32,000 nucleotides of DNA from Parasynechococcus marenigrum WH 8102 (GCF_000195975.1 NC_005070.1:180001-212000), one strand, 5' to 3'; numbered from the stretch's first letter, positions 16,778 through 26,302 are shown. Made by a program: numbers and translations. Notes: generated from the letters alone by a model not told the origin.

Positions 16778-17968
16778 ATGAAGCTCAATCCATTCCAGCG
16801 TCAGACGTCTCCTACGAACCAGGACAGCTCAGACCTCGTCAACTACGACGAATCGGTGCTGCAGCAGGGTCGGTTCTGGATGAAGACCGTCACCTGGACG
16901 ATGATCGGCACGACAGTATTTGGCGTGGCTTGGCTTGCCTTGGCTCGCACCGAGGAGATAGTCGTCGCCCCAGGTCAGCTTGAGCCTGTCGGTTCTGTGC
17001 AGGACATCCAGATGCCCGTGGGTGGTGTGGCGGACCAGATCCTGGTACAGGAAGGCGATGCCGTGAAGGCAGGGCAGGTGTTGATGAAATTGGACACCGA
17101 AGCCAGCGAAGAACAGCGCCTCAGCCTGGAGAAAACGATCAAGCTCAAACAGGAGCAGCTCCGGCTTAAGGCCGAGGAAAAGCAGCGCTATCTCCAGGTG
17201 AATAACGAGGAGGTGCAAATGCTTGAGAACAACCTCGCACTTCAAAGTGAGATTCTTGAGCGTTTTGAGGAATTGGAGGAGGCCGGTGCCACCTCCGAGC
17301 TGCAATATCTCAGCCAGCAGAACTCTGTTGAGGAAACCCGCGGTCGTCTGATGCAGACCAAGGCGGATCGTTTACGGCAGTTGGCGCTTCTCGATCAGCA
17401 GGTGGCACAGTTCAACACAGAAGTGGCCGACCTGCGCGGCCGCCTGGCTCAAGCAAGGGTCACCCTGCGCTACCAACAGCTGAAGTCTCCGGTGGATGGT
17501 GTGGTTTTCGATCTCAAGCCAACAGCCACGGGCTTCACCGCCCAGTCCACCCAGACGGTCATGAAGGTTGTTCCCTACGGCTCGCTGGAAGCGAAAGTGG
17601 AAGTACCGAGCAACAAGATCGGCTTCGTGACGGTTCCTCCCGGATGCCCCAAGGATCTGGAGAGTTGCATGAAAGCGGATATCAGCATCGATTCCTATCC
17701 ATCAACGGATTTTGGGGTTCTGGAGGGAAAGGTGACGCGCATCGGATCTGATGCTCTGCCACCCGATCCCCAGGAGCAGCGTCAGGAGCTCAGTTTCCCT
17801 GTCACTGTGAAGCTCGATCAGCAGAAGCTGCAGCTGAAAAGCGGTACAACGCTGCCACTGCAAGTCGGCATGAGCCTGACGGCCAACATCAAGTTGCGCA
17901 AGGTTTCTTACCTGCAACTGCTGCTGGGTGAGTTCCAGGACAAAGCCGAGTCGCTTCAGCGCCTCTGA
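16778..17968 (+). CDS. HlyD-family periplasmic adaptor (membrane fusion protein) of the type I secretion system
   Basis: N-terminal TM (TVTWTMIGTTVFGVAWLALA), lipoyl-like half-motifs (GVADQILVQEGDAVKAGQVLMKLD ... SPVDGVVFDL), long coiled-coil region, C-terminal beta-barrel. Starts 2 nt after the ABC stop. Confidence 0.9.
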   Translation: MKLNPFQRQTSPTNQDSSDLVNYDESVLQQGRFWMKTVTWTMIGTTVFGVAWLALARTEEIVVAPGQLEPVGSVQDIQMPVGGVADQILVQEGDAVKAGQVLMKLDTEASEEQRLSLEKTIKLKQEQLRLKAEEKQRYLQVNNEEVQMLENNLALQSEILERFEELEEAGATSELQYLSQQNSVEETRGRLMQTKADRLRQLALLDQQVAQFNTEVADLRGRLAQARVTLRYQQLKSPVDGVVFDLKPTATGFTAQSTQTVMKVVPYGSLEAKVEVPSNKIGFVTVPPGCPKDLESCMKADISIDSYPSTDFGVLEGKVTRIGSDALPPDPQEQRQELSFPVTVKLDQQKLQLKSGTTLPLQVGMSLTANIKLRKVSYLQLLLGEFQDKAESLQRL

Positions 17969-17973
17969 GCCAG

Positions 17974-19224
17974 ATGCGAATCCTGTTTGTTCATCAGAAC
18001 TTCCCGGGTCAATACGTTCACATCGTTCAGAGACTCGCTCAACAGGGCCAGCACCAGATCGTGGCCCTCGGCATCAATGCCTTGGATGCCAACCGACCTT
18101 TACCGGAAGAGTTGCAGTACTTCCGCTACCCCCTGGAACGGGGCAACACCAAGGGGATTCATCCTTTGGTGATGGAAACAGAAACGAAGATCATCAGGGC
18201 TGAGGGCTGTGCACGGGCGGCGGAACAACTGAAAGCCAAAGGATTCACGCCTGATCTCATCTGTGCTCATCCAGGCTGGGGTGAAGCCCTTTTCCTCAAA
18301 GCGATTTGGCCGGACTCACCGCTGCTTTGTTACGAGGAGTTTTTTTATCGAGCTCACGGGTTTGATTCCAATTTCGATCCCGAATTCGACCGGGATTGGT
18401 CCTGGCAGGAGCAGGCCCGCCTCAATATGAAAAATGCTTACTTGCATCTCACCCTGGAACAGGCGGACTGGCATGTGTCGCCCACCCATTTTCAGGCCAG
18501 CAGCTTTCCGGAGCATTGGCAGCGCCGCATCAGCGTGATCCATGACGGTGTCGACACCAGGCGCGCAGCACCGGTGGCCAATCCAAGGCCGCTGACTCTC
18601 CCGGATGGAACCGTTCTGGAGAAAGGTCAGTCGATCATCACCTTTGTGAATCGGAGTCTGGAGCCCTACCGGGGCTGCCATACCTTCCTGCGGGCGATCC
18701 CCGATCTTCAGCGCCAGTCACCGGATGCACGCATTGTGATCGTCGGTGAAACCAAGGGTGTCAGTTATGGGTCCCCCTGTCCCGACGGTGAGTGGAAGGA
18801 TCAATTCCTGGCTGAGATCGAGGGGCACTACGACCCGAGCGGGGTGCATTTTGCAGGGACACTGCCTTACGAGCAGTTCCTGCTGTTGCTGCAGTTGAGC
18901 GCCTGCCATGTGTATCTCACCTATCCGTTCGTCTTGAGCTGGAGCTTGCTTGAGGCGATGGCCTGTGGTTGTGCCGTTGTGGGTTCCGACACGGCTCCAG
19001 TTCGGGAGGTGATCCGCCACGGCATCAATGGTCTGCTGGTGGATTTCTTCTCTCCGGCCGATCTGGCATCAGCGGTGTCCGAGCTGTTGCGGGATCGCGA
19101 CCGGGCAGCATCTTTCGGAGCAGAGGCAAGACGCACGGTGGAACGCAGCTATGACCTTGACGTTTGTGTTCAACGTCAGCTGGCCCTGATCGATTTGGTG
19201 GCCAGCGGCAGTATTAACGCTTGA
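17974..19224 (+). CDS. GT4-family (GT-B, group 1) glycosyltransferase
   Basis: MRILFVHQNFPGQY N-terminus and the C-terminal GT4 pattern SWSLLEAMACGCAVVGSDTAPVREVIRHGINGLLVDF (E-x7-E type). Starts 5 nt after the HlyD stop. Confidence 0.8.
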   Translation: MRILFVHQNFPGQYVHIVQRLAQQGQHQIVALGINALDANRPLPEELQYFRYPLERGNTKGIHPLVMETETKIIRAEGCARAAEQLKAKGFTPDLICAHPGWGEALFLKAIWPDSPLLCYEEFFYRAHGFDSNFDPEFDRDWSWQEQARLNMKNAYLHLTLEQADWHVSPTHFQASSFPEHWQRRISVIHDGVDTRRAAPVANPRPLTLPDGTVLEKGQSIITFVNRSLEPYRGCHTFLRAIPDLQRQSPDARIVIVGETKGVSYGSPCPDGEWKDQFLAEIEGHYDPSGVHFAGTLPYEQFLLLLQLSACHVYLTYPFVLSWSLLEAMACGCAVVGSDTAPVREVIRHGINGLLVDFFSPADLASAVSELLRDRDRAASFGAEARRTVERSYDLDVCVQRQLALIDLVASGSINA

Positions 19225-19342
19225 ACGAAGTGGGGATAGAACTGTTTGAGAAGTTGGTTGTCGTCGAGACATTGATTTGAAATCTGGGCGACATCGCTTT
19301 GGCTTTGTCCTATCCAGAATTAACAAAGTCTGAAGAAAAATC

Positions 19343-21592
19343 GTGACTGCATCCTTTCGGCATGGTGTCGCCTCGGGTGATCCCTATCAGGATTCCTTTG
19401 TGATCTGGTCACGCGTGTCTGATGTGGATGGCTCGTCTGCATCTGTGAACTGGGAAGTCTCTTCAAGTCCGAAATTTAAAAAACGTACAATTTTGGATTC
19501 GGGAACGATTTCCACAAGTTCGGATCGAGATTGGACTGTCAAGGCACTTCCCGAGGGATTGCAGGCTGGTGAAGACTATTACTACCGCTTCGAAGTGGAT
19601 GGGGTGGTATCTCCTGTAGGTCACGCCAGTACGTTGCCTGATAAGGCTGCTTCAGTCCGTATGGCAGTTTTGTCATGCGCTAATTTTACAAATACGGAAT
19701 TTTTTGAGACCTATCGAAGAGTCGCGGAAATCGATGCTGAGCAGCCCTACGATATTATTTTACATGTTGGCGACTATATTTATGAATATGGTCAAGGCGG
19801 TTATCCGAGCGCAGAGTCTGCTGTTGAAAACCGTGGCTTTGAGCCCGATAGCGAGTTGCTGAGTCTTGACGATTATAGACAGCGTTATGCGCAGTACCAC
19901 AGTGATGCTGGTTTACGTGAAATGCATGCATCTGCTCCAATGGTCTCGATCTGGGACGACCACGAAACTGCTAATGACAGTTGGTTAGGAGGTGCTGAAA
20001 ATCACCAGTCTGAAGTCGAGGGTGATTGGGCCTCTCGTCGTGATGCTGCTCTGCAGGCTTACTACGAGTGGATGCCGATTCGAGAGCCTGCTTTGCGTCG
20101 GGATGTTGATTTGGGGACGGATGATTCGCCTCTGACTCAGGGTTTTCGCAGTTTTGACCTGGCTGATCTTGTTACTCTTTATGTACTTGAGACTAGGCTT
20201 ACGGCAAGGGATGAGCAGCTTGCTTATCCAAATTCTGACGCTGTCGCCGCTCGAATTGGGGACATACTCGCGGATCCACTGCTATTAGCTTCCTACGCCG
20301 AGTCTCTGGGTGTTGCTCCCCCCGTTTCAGCGGAGGACCTTGATGGCGTCAACGCTTTATCTGCAGCCTTGATCGATCCAGTGACCCTGGAGTTGGTTGC
20401 GGCGACTGTTGCCGATGGGTGGACGAATCCATCTCGAAATCTCCTTGGTCAAGACCAGCAGTCCTGGCTCCAGAGTGGCTTGGCCGGGTCTGATGCTGCT
20501 TGGCAGGTGCTTGGTCAGCAGGTCTTAATGCAGTCAATGGCTATACCAGCTGAGCTGCTGCTGAATGCCACGGATCCAGATGTTCTGGCGAAGTATTCGG
20601 CCCCCCTTGAAAAGTTGGCGACTGGACAGCCCCTGAATCAAGACGAGTTGGCTTTGTTTGATGAAGCTACTAAGATTCCATACAACCTTGATGCTTGGGA
20701 TGGCTACGGCGTTGAGAGAGAAACCATTCTTCAAACGGCAGCCGGTCTCGGTAAAAAGTTAGTTTCCCTTGCTGGTGATACACACAACGCATGGGTAGGT
20801 GTGCTGGACGCGATGAGTACAGGTGCGGCTATGCCTGGCCAAGTGGTCGGCATTGAATTTGCCACTCCAGGAGTTTCTGCTCCAGGAATAGAAACATACA
20901 TTGCCCCAGGTCTCGAGCCAATATTTTTAAGTTACACAGAAGGTTTAAAATATACAGACTTAAGTCGGAGGGGTTTCCTTGATATTACCTTTCACGAAGA
21001 ACACATCACTTCTAGCTATCAGCTTCTAGACCCTGACGAGGGTTGGATCGCCGATGTTTTGCAGTCAGATGATTCCTTCAGCCCACGCCAACTATCCCGG
21101 GTTGATGCCACGACAACTGCAGATATCCCAACCGGATTTGCCCACGGAAGGTTCAGAGAAGTCATCCGGGCTGGTGCTGGCAATGACCGCATCGCAGCTG
21201 GAGATCGCAAAGGTTATGTCTCCGCTGGAGGTGGTAACGATGACATCGACGGTGGCCGTCGCGCACAACTGCTCCTCGGTGATGAGGGTGATGATGTGAT
21301 TCGTGGTCGTGGTGGCCCTGACGAGCTCAGGGGTGGTCCCGGCGCAGACAGCCTGAATGGTGGTCCTGGTGATGATTTGATTCTTGGGGGCGCTGGTGCG
21401 GACAGTTTCCGCATCAGCAAAGGAGACGACCGCATCGTCGACCTTGATCCTCTTGAAGGAGACGTTCTGCTCTTGCCTGCAGGCCTCGAGCCAACGTTGA
21501 CTTCGGCTGTTTCTGGCGTCCTTCTCGCGACTGATCGTGGCACCACCCTGTTGGAGGGACTCACCCTGGAGCAGGTGGAGGGGCTGATCTGA
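19343..21592 (+). CDS. phoD: PhoD-family alkaline phosphatase/phosphodiesterase with C-terminal RTX repeats, no N-terminal signal peptide
   Basis: GTG 19343 is the only start after the in-frame stop at 19331-19333. FRHGVASGDP..VIWSRV (PhoD_N), VLSCANF, LHVGDYIYEYG, IWDDHETANDSW and LAGDTHNAWV (PhoD metallophosphatase motifs). RTX block at the C-terminus. Confidence 0.85.
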   Translation: MTASFRHGVASGDPYQDSFVIWSRVSDVDGSSASVNWEVSSSPKFKKRTILDSGTISTSSDRDWTVKALPEGLQAGEDYYYRFEVDGVVSPVGHASTLPDKAASVRMAVLSCANFTNTEFFETYRRVAEIDAEQPYDIILHVGDYIYEYGQGGYPSAESAVENRGFEPDSELLSLDDYRQRYAQYHSDAGLREMHASAPMVSIWDDHETANDSWLGGAENHQSEVEGDWASRRDAALQAYYEWMPIREPALRRDVDLGTDDSPLTQGFRSFDLADLVTLYVLETRLTARDEQLAYPNSDAVAARIGDILADPLLLASYAESLGVAPPVSAEDLDGVNALSAALIDPVTLELVAATVADGWTNPSRNLLGQDQQSWLQSGLAGSDAAWQVLGQQVLMQSMAIPAELLLNATDPDVLAKYSAPLEKLATGQPLNQDELALFDEATKIPYNLDAWDGYGVERETILQTAAGLGKKLVSLAGDTHNAWVGVLDAMSTGAAMPGQVVGIEFATPGVSAPGIETYIAPGLEPIFLSYTEGLKYTDLSRRGFLDITFHEEHITSSYQLLDPDEGWIADVLQSDDSFSPRQLSRVDATTTADIPTGFAHGRFREVIRAGAGNDRIAAGDRKGYVSAGGGNDDIDGGRRAQLLLGDEGDDVIRGRGGPDELRGGPGADSLNGGPGDDLILGGAGADSFRISKGDDRIVDLDPLEGDVLLLPAGLEPTLTSAVSGVLLATDRGTTLLEGLTLEQVEGLI
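21170..21412 (+). repeat. nine in-register RTX nonapeptide (GGxGxDxUx) Ca-binding repeats inside the phoD-like CDS
   Basis: AGAGNDRIA AGDRKGYVS AGGGNDDID GGRRAQLLL GDEGDDVIR GRGGPDELR GGPGADSLN GGPGDDLIL GGAGADSFR, followed by a non-repeat tail of about 59 aa. Confidence 0.85.
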
Positions 21593-21635
21593 GCATTGAC
21601 GGGCAGACTGGTCCGCTGAACCAGCACCCGGTGTC

Positions 21636-22928
21636 GTGAGTCAGCTGCAGAGCCTCAGGGGCATGGTGGATCTGTTGCCGGAGACTCTGCAGTGCTGGCA
21701 GGCCGTCGAAGCAGTCGCCCGGGAGCATTTCCGCCGCTCCGGTTTCGGCGAGATCCGAACACCGTTGTTGGAAACCACCGATCTGTTCTGCCGTGGCATC
21801 GGCGAAGGCACCGATGTGGTGGGCAAGGAGATGTACAGCTTCACCGATCGCGGTGAGCGTGCCTGCACACTGCGGCCAGAGGGCACCGCGTCGGTGGTGC
21901 GGGCGGCGCTGCAACACGGCCTGTTGAGCCAGGGCGCCCAGAAGCTTTGGTACGCCGGCCCGATGTTCCGCTATGAGCGGCCACAGGCCGGTCGCCAGCG
22001 TCAGTTTCATCAGATCGGTGTGGAGTGGTTGGGGGCGGAGAGCGCCCGCAGCGATGTGGAAGTGATCGCTCTGGCCTGGGATCTGCTGGCTCAGTTGGGC
22101 GTTGGTGGCCTCGAGCTGGAAATCAACAGTCTTGGTACGCCTGAGGATCGGCAGGCCTACCGCACAGCGCTGGTGGCCTGGCTGGAGCAGCGGCTGGATC
22201 AACTGGATGACGACTCCCGCGCCCGACTCAGCACCAATCCCCTGCGCATTCTCGATTCCAAAAACAAGGACACCCAGGCCTTGCTCGAGCAGGCACCCAC
22301 CCTGGCCGATGCCCTCAGCTCAGAGAGCCGGCAACGCTTTGATGCGGTTCAGCAGGGGCTGACCGCCCTGGGCATTCCCTTCCGGCTCAATCCGCGGCTG
22401 GTGCGGGGTCTGGATTATTACGGCCACACCGCCTTCGAGATCACCAGTGATCAACTGGGGGCGCAGGCCACCGTCTGCGGTGGTGGGCGGTACAACGGTT
22501 TGATCGCTCAACTGGGTGGAGCCCCCACGCCGGCCATCGGCTGGGCCTTGGGTATGGAAAGGCTGTTGCTGGTGCTGGAGGCGGCGGCGACGGCCGATCC
22601 GGATGGGGCAGCGGCGCGGCTGGTGGCCACGTCCGCACCTGATGCCTATGTGATCAACCGTGGTGACCAGGCGGAAACCATGGCGCTGACCCTCACGCGC
22701 GGTCTGCGGGCTGCTGGTCTGGCCGTGGAGCTGGATGGGTCGGGCTCCGCCTTCGGCAAGCAGTTCAAGCGGGCGGATCGTTGCGGTGCCCGTTGGGCTC
22801 TGGTGCTGGGCGATGACGAAGCAGCCCGGGCTGAGGTGCGGCTCAAGCCACTGCAGCACGAGGGCGAGGACCGGTCCTGGGCAGTTGCGGACATTGCCGC
22901 GATCGTGGAGACGCTGCGCACCCCTTGA
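21636..22928 (+). CDS. hisS: histidine--tRNA ligase
   Basis: GTG start. [31 protein letters not shown]...[28 protein letters not shown] (motif 2) and GGGRYNGL (motif 3). Confidence 0.95.
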   Translation: MSQLQSLRGMVDLLPETLQCWQAVEAVAREHFRRSGFGEIRTPLLETTDLFCRGIGEGTDVVGKEMYSFTDRGERACTLRPEGTASVVRAALQHGLLSQGAQKLWYAGPMFRYERPQAGRQRQFHQIGVEWLGAESARSDVEVIALAWDLLAQLGVGGLELEINSLGTPEDRQAYRTALVAWLEQRLDQLDDDSRARLSTNPLRILDSKNKDTQALLEQAPTLADALSSESRQRFDAVQQGLTALGIPFRLNPRLVRGLDYYGHTAFEITSDQLGAQATVCGGGRYNGLIAQLGGAPTPAIGWALGMERLLLVLEAAATADPDGAAARLVATSAPDAYVINRGDQAETMALTLTRGLRAAGLAVELDGSGSAFGKQFKRADRCGARWALVLGDDEAARAEVRLKPLQHEGEDRSWAVADIAAIVETLRTP

Positions 22929-22929
22929 G

Positions 22930-23880
22930 ATGCGGATTCACCTCGTGACCGGTGGAGCCGGGTTCCTGGGCTCCCATCTGATCGATCGGCTGATGGAGGC
23001 CGGCGATGAGGTGATCTGCCTCGATAACTACTTCACCGGCCGCAAGCGCAACATCGCCCGCTGGATCGGTCATCCCCGCTTCGAGCTGATCCGCCACGAC
23101 GTCACCGAGCCGATCAGGCTGGAGGTGGATCGGATCTGGCATCTGGCCTGCCCGGCGTCGCCGATTCACTACCAGACCAATCCGGTCAAGACGGCCAAAA
23201 CCAGTTTCCTGGGCACGTACAACATGCTGGGCCTGGCCCGGCGGGTGGGGGCGCGGCTGTTGCTGGCCAGCACCAGTGAGGTGTACGGCGACCCGGAGGT
23301 GCATCCCCAGCCGGAAAGCTATCGGGGTTGTGTCAACCCGATCGGGATTCGCAGCTGTTACGACGAGGGCAAACGCATCGCCGAGACCCTCTGTTTCGAC
23401 TACCAGCGGATGAATGGTGTGGAGGTGCGGGTGGCCCGCATCTTCAACACCTATGGGCCACGGATGCTGATTGATGACGGCCGGGTGGTGGGCAATTTCA
23501 TCGTTCAGGCCCTGCGGGGTGACTCCTTGACGCTCTACGGCGATGGCTCCCAGACCCGGTCGTTCTGTTTCGTCAGCGACCTGATCGAGGGGCTGATCAG
23601 GCTGATGAATGGTGCCGACACCGGCCCGATCAACCTCGGTAATCCCGATGAATTCACCATCCGTCAGCTGGCGGAACTGGTGCGTCAGCGGATCAATCCA
23701 AAGCTGCCGCTGATCGAAAAACCGGTGCCGGAGGACGACCCCCGCCAGCGCCGTCCGCTGATCGATCTGGCCAGGCAGCAGCTGGGCTGGCAGCCGACTG
23801 TGTCACTGGAGCAGGGGCTGGGACCGACGATCGACTCCTTCCGTAGTGTCCTTGCACTGGAGGAGGACCGCGGCGCGTGA
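22930..23880 (+). CDS. UDP-glucuronate decarboxylase (UDP-xylose synthase)
   Basis: ATG 22930, 1 nt after the hisS stop; the ORF-track extension back to 22735 overlaps hisS and was discarded. [51 protein letters not shown] and [10 protein letters not shown] are classic UXS motifs. Confidence 0.9.
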   Translation: MRIHLVTGGAGFLGSHLIDRLMEAGDEVICLDNYFTGRKRNIARWIGHPRFELIRHDVTEPIRLEVDRIWHLACPASPIHYQTNPVKTAKTSFLGTYNMLGLARRVGARLLLASTSEVYGDPEVHPQPESYRGCVNPIGIRSCYDEGKRIAETLCFDYQRMNGVEVRVARIFNTYGPRMLIDDGRVVGNFIVQALRGDSLTLYGDGSQTRSFCFVSDLIEGLIRLMNGADTGPINLGNPDEFTIRQLAELVRQRINPKLPLIEKPVPEDDPRQRRPLIDLARQQLGWQPTVSLEQGLGPTIDSFRSVLALEEDRGA

Positions 23881-25280
23881 CGATTCAACGGATCTGCTGC
23901 ATCGGCGCCGGCTATGTGGGCGGCCCGACCATGGCTGTGATCGCAGACCGCTGCCCAGAGATCGAGGTGACGGTGGTGGACATCAACCAGGCGCGGATCG
24001 ACGCCTGGAATGATGCTGATCTGAGTCGGCTGCCGGTGTACGAGCCAGGGCTGGATGCCGTGGTGGGCCGTGCCCGGGGACGGAATTTGACGTTCTCCAC
24101 AGCGGTTGAAGCCACCGTCGCGTCAGCAGACATGGTGTTCATTTCCGTGAACACGCCGACGAAAACGAAGGGGCTGGGGGCGGGTCAGGCCAGTGACCTG
24201 CGCTGGGTGGAGGCCTGTGCACGCACGGTGGCGAAGGCAGCCACCGGCCACACAATCGTGGTGGAGAAGAGCACGCTGCCGGTGCGCACGGCTGCAGCGA
24301 TCAAAACGATCCTGGAGGCCGCGCAGGAGGACGATCAGCAGCGCTGCTTTTCGGTGCTTTCCAATCCTGAGTTCCTGGCGGAGGGCACAGCGATCCGGGA
24401 TCTGGAGGCGCCCGACCGGGTGCTGATCGGTGGCGAGGACGCGGCATCGATCGAGGCGCTGGCGGCGGTTTACAGCCACTGGGTGGACGAGGCGAAGATC
24501 CTGCGCACCAACCTCTGGAGCAGTGAGCTGTCGAAGCTCACGGCCAATGCATTTCTGGCGCAGCGGATCAGTTCGATCAACTCCGTCGCGGCACTCTGCG
24601 AGGCCACCGGCGCGGATGTGCGGGAGGTGGCCCGGGCGATCGGCACCGACAGCCGCATCGGCCCGAAGTTTCTCAATGCCGGCCCGGGTTTTGGCGGTAG
24701 CTGCTTCCAGAAGGACATCCTGAACCTGGTGTATCTGTGCCGGCACTTCGGCTTGCCGGAGGTGGCCGACTACTGGGAGAGCGTGGTGGCGTTGAACACC
24801 TGGCAGCAGCACCGGATCGCACAGCTGGTGGTGCAGAAGCTGTTCGGCACGGTGACCGGCAAGCGCCTGGCCATTTTTGGGTTTGCCTTCAAGGCCGACA
24901 CCAACGACACCCGCGAGGCGCCGGCGATCCGCATCTGCGGCGATCTGCTGGAGGAGGGGGCGCAGCTGGCCATCCACGATCCCAAGGTGGAGCCAGCCCA
25001 GATGGCCCGCGACCTGAAGCAGGAGGCGGCAGCGGCGGCTGATGTCCTCAGCGGAACCGGCAGCTGGGCTTTGGCTGAGTCCGTTGAGGAGGCCGTCAGT
25101 GGTGCGGATGCGGTGCTGATCCTGACGGAATGGAACGTCTACAGGAATTTGAACTGGGCGGAGCTGGCGGGACGGATGCGCAAACCGGCCTGGCTGTTTG
25201 ATGCCAGGGCCGTGGCGGATCCCGCAGTGGTGCGGGCGGCAGGCTTGACCCTTTGGCGGGTTGGAGACGGCGAAGACTGA
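23877..25280 (+). CDS. ugd: UDP-glucose 6-dehydrogenase (long, eukaryote-like form)
   Basis: GTGA start/stop overlap at 23877-23880. [34 protein letters not shown] (catalytic Cys) and [14 protein letters not shown]. Confidence 0.95.
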   Translation: MTIQRICCIGAGYVGGPTMAVIADRCPEIEVTVVDINQARIDAWNDADLSRLPVYEPGLDAVVGRARGRNLTFSTAVEATVASADMVFISVNTPTKTKGLGAGQASDLRWVEACARTVAKAATGHTIVVEKSTLPVRTAAAIKTILEAAQEDDQQRCFSVLSNPEFLAEGTAIRDLEAPDRVLIGGEDAASIEALAAVYSHWVDEAKILRTNLWSSELSKLTANAFLAQRISSINSVAALCEATGADVREVARAIGTDSRIGPKFLNAGPGFGGSCFQKDILNLVYLCRHFGLPEVADYWESVVALNTWQQHRIAQLVVQKLFGTVTGKRLAIFGFAFKADTNDTREAPAIRICGDLLEEGAQLAIHDPKVEPAQMARDLKQEAAAAADVLSGTGSWALAESVEEAVSGADAVLILTEWNVYRNLNWAELAGRMRKPAWLFDARAVADPAVVRAAGLTLWRVGDGED

Positions 25281-26302
25281 TGTCACGTACGGTCCTGGTC
25301 ACCGGTGCCGCCGGATTTATCGGCGCTGCGCTCTCTCAGCGACTGCTGGCCCGCGGCGAGCGCGTGGTCGGTCTCGACAACCTCAACAGCTACTACGACC
25401 CGGCCCTCAAACAGGCGCGTCTGCGTCAGGTCGAGGCCACGGCCTCGAAAGGAGCCTGGCGGTTCGAGCCGATCTCGCTTGAGGACGGCGATGCGTTGAC
25501 GGCTCTGTTTGCCGAGGAGCGTCCGGATGTGGTGGTGAATCTGGCTGCCCAGGCAGGGGTGCGTTACTCACTGGAGAACCCGGCGGCCTACATCCAGAGC
25601 AATCTGGTGGGGTTTGGCCACATCCTGGAAGGCTGCCGTCACCACGACGTTGGTCACCTGGTGTATGCCTCCAGCAGTTCTGTGTATGGCGGCAACCGCA
25701 ACCTGCCCTTTCACGAGCGCCAACCGGTCAACCACCCGGTAAGCCTGTATGCCGCCAGCAAGAAAGCCAATGAGCTGATGGCACACACCTACAGCCACCT
25801 TTACGGGGTGCCGGCCACCGGACTGCGCTTCTTCACGGTCTATGGGCCATGGGGACGGCCGGACATGGCCCCGATGCTGTTCGCCCGGGCGATCCTTGCG
25901 GGTGAACCGATCAAGGTGTTCAACCATGGCCGGATGCAGCGTGATTTCACTTATATCGATGACATCGTGGAAGGAGTGCTGCGCTGCTGCGATAAACCAG
26001 CTACAGCAAACCCCGATTTCGATCCCCTGCAGCCTGATCCTGCAACGGCGGCGGCGCCGCACCGGGTGTTCAACATCGGCAACAGCCAGCCCACGGAGCT
26101 GTTGAGTTTCATCGAGGTGATGGAGCAGGCCCTTGGTCGCGATGCGATCAAAGATTTCCAGCCGATGCAGCCAGGTGATGTCGTGGCCACGGCCGCCGAC
26201 ACCAAGGCATTGGAGGATTGGGTGGGATTCAGGCCCTCAACAGCGATTGAAGCTGGTGTGGCGCAGTTCGCAGAGTGGTACCGGTACTTTTACGGGGTCT
26301 GA
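25280..26302 (+). CDS. NAD-dependent UDP-glucuronate 4-epimerase (GAE/CapI-like SDR)
   Basis: TGATG overlap with the ugd stop. VLVTGAAGFIGAAL, the SSSSVYG...YAASKKANE catalytic S..YxxxK, and RFFTVYGPWGRPDMA, which is typical of UDP-GlcA 4-epimerases. Confidence 0.8.
   Translation: MSRTVLVTGAAGFIGAALSQRLLARGERVVGLDNLNSYYDPALKQARLRQVEATASKGAWRFEPISLEDGDALTALFAEERPDVVVNLAAQAGVRYSLENPAAYIQSNLVGFGHILEGCRHHDVGHLVYASSSSVYGGNRNLPFHERQPVNHPVSLYAASKKANELMAHTYSHLYGVPATGLRFFTVYGPWGRPDMAPMLFARAILAGEPIKVFNHGRMQRDFTYIDDIVEGVLRCCDKPATANPDFDPLQPDPATAAAPHRVFNIGNSQPTELLSFIEVMEQALGRDAIKDFQPMQPGDVVATAADTKALEDWVGFRPSTAIEAGVAQFAEWYRYFYGV

Noticed and set aside
19225-19342. Possible Pho box (tandem PyTTAAPyPy(T/A) repeats at 11-bp spacing) upstream of the phoD-like gene.
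   Set aside because: Only isolated ATTAAC words occur (19213-19218 inside the GT4 gene end, and 19319-24), 106 bp apart. I could not find a tandem 11-bp-phased array, so this cannot be supported without a matrix scan.
21593-21635. Direct repeats or att-like scars flanking the AT-rich phoD-like gene.
   Set aside because: Only a trivial shared hexamer (CATTGA) occurs in both flanks. There is no convincing duplication.
22735-22929. 5' extension of the UXS ORF overlapping the end of hisS.
   Set aside because: The canonical SDR N-terminus [17 protein letters not shown] starts at ATG 22930, 1 nt after the hisS stop. The extension is an out-of-frame read of hisS.
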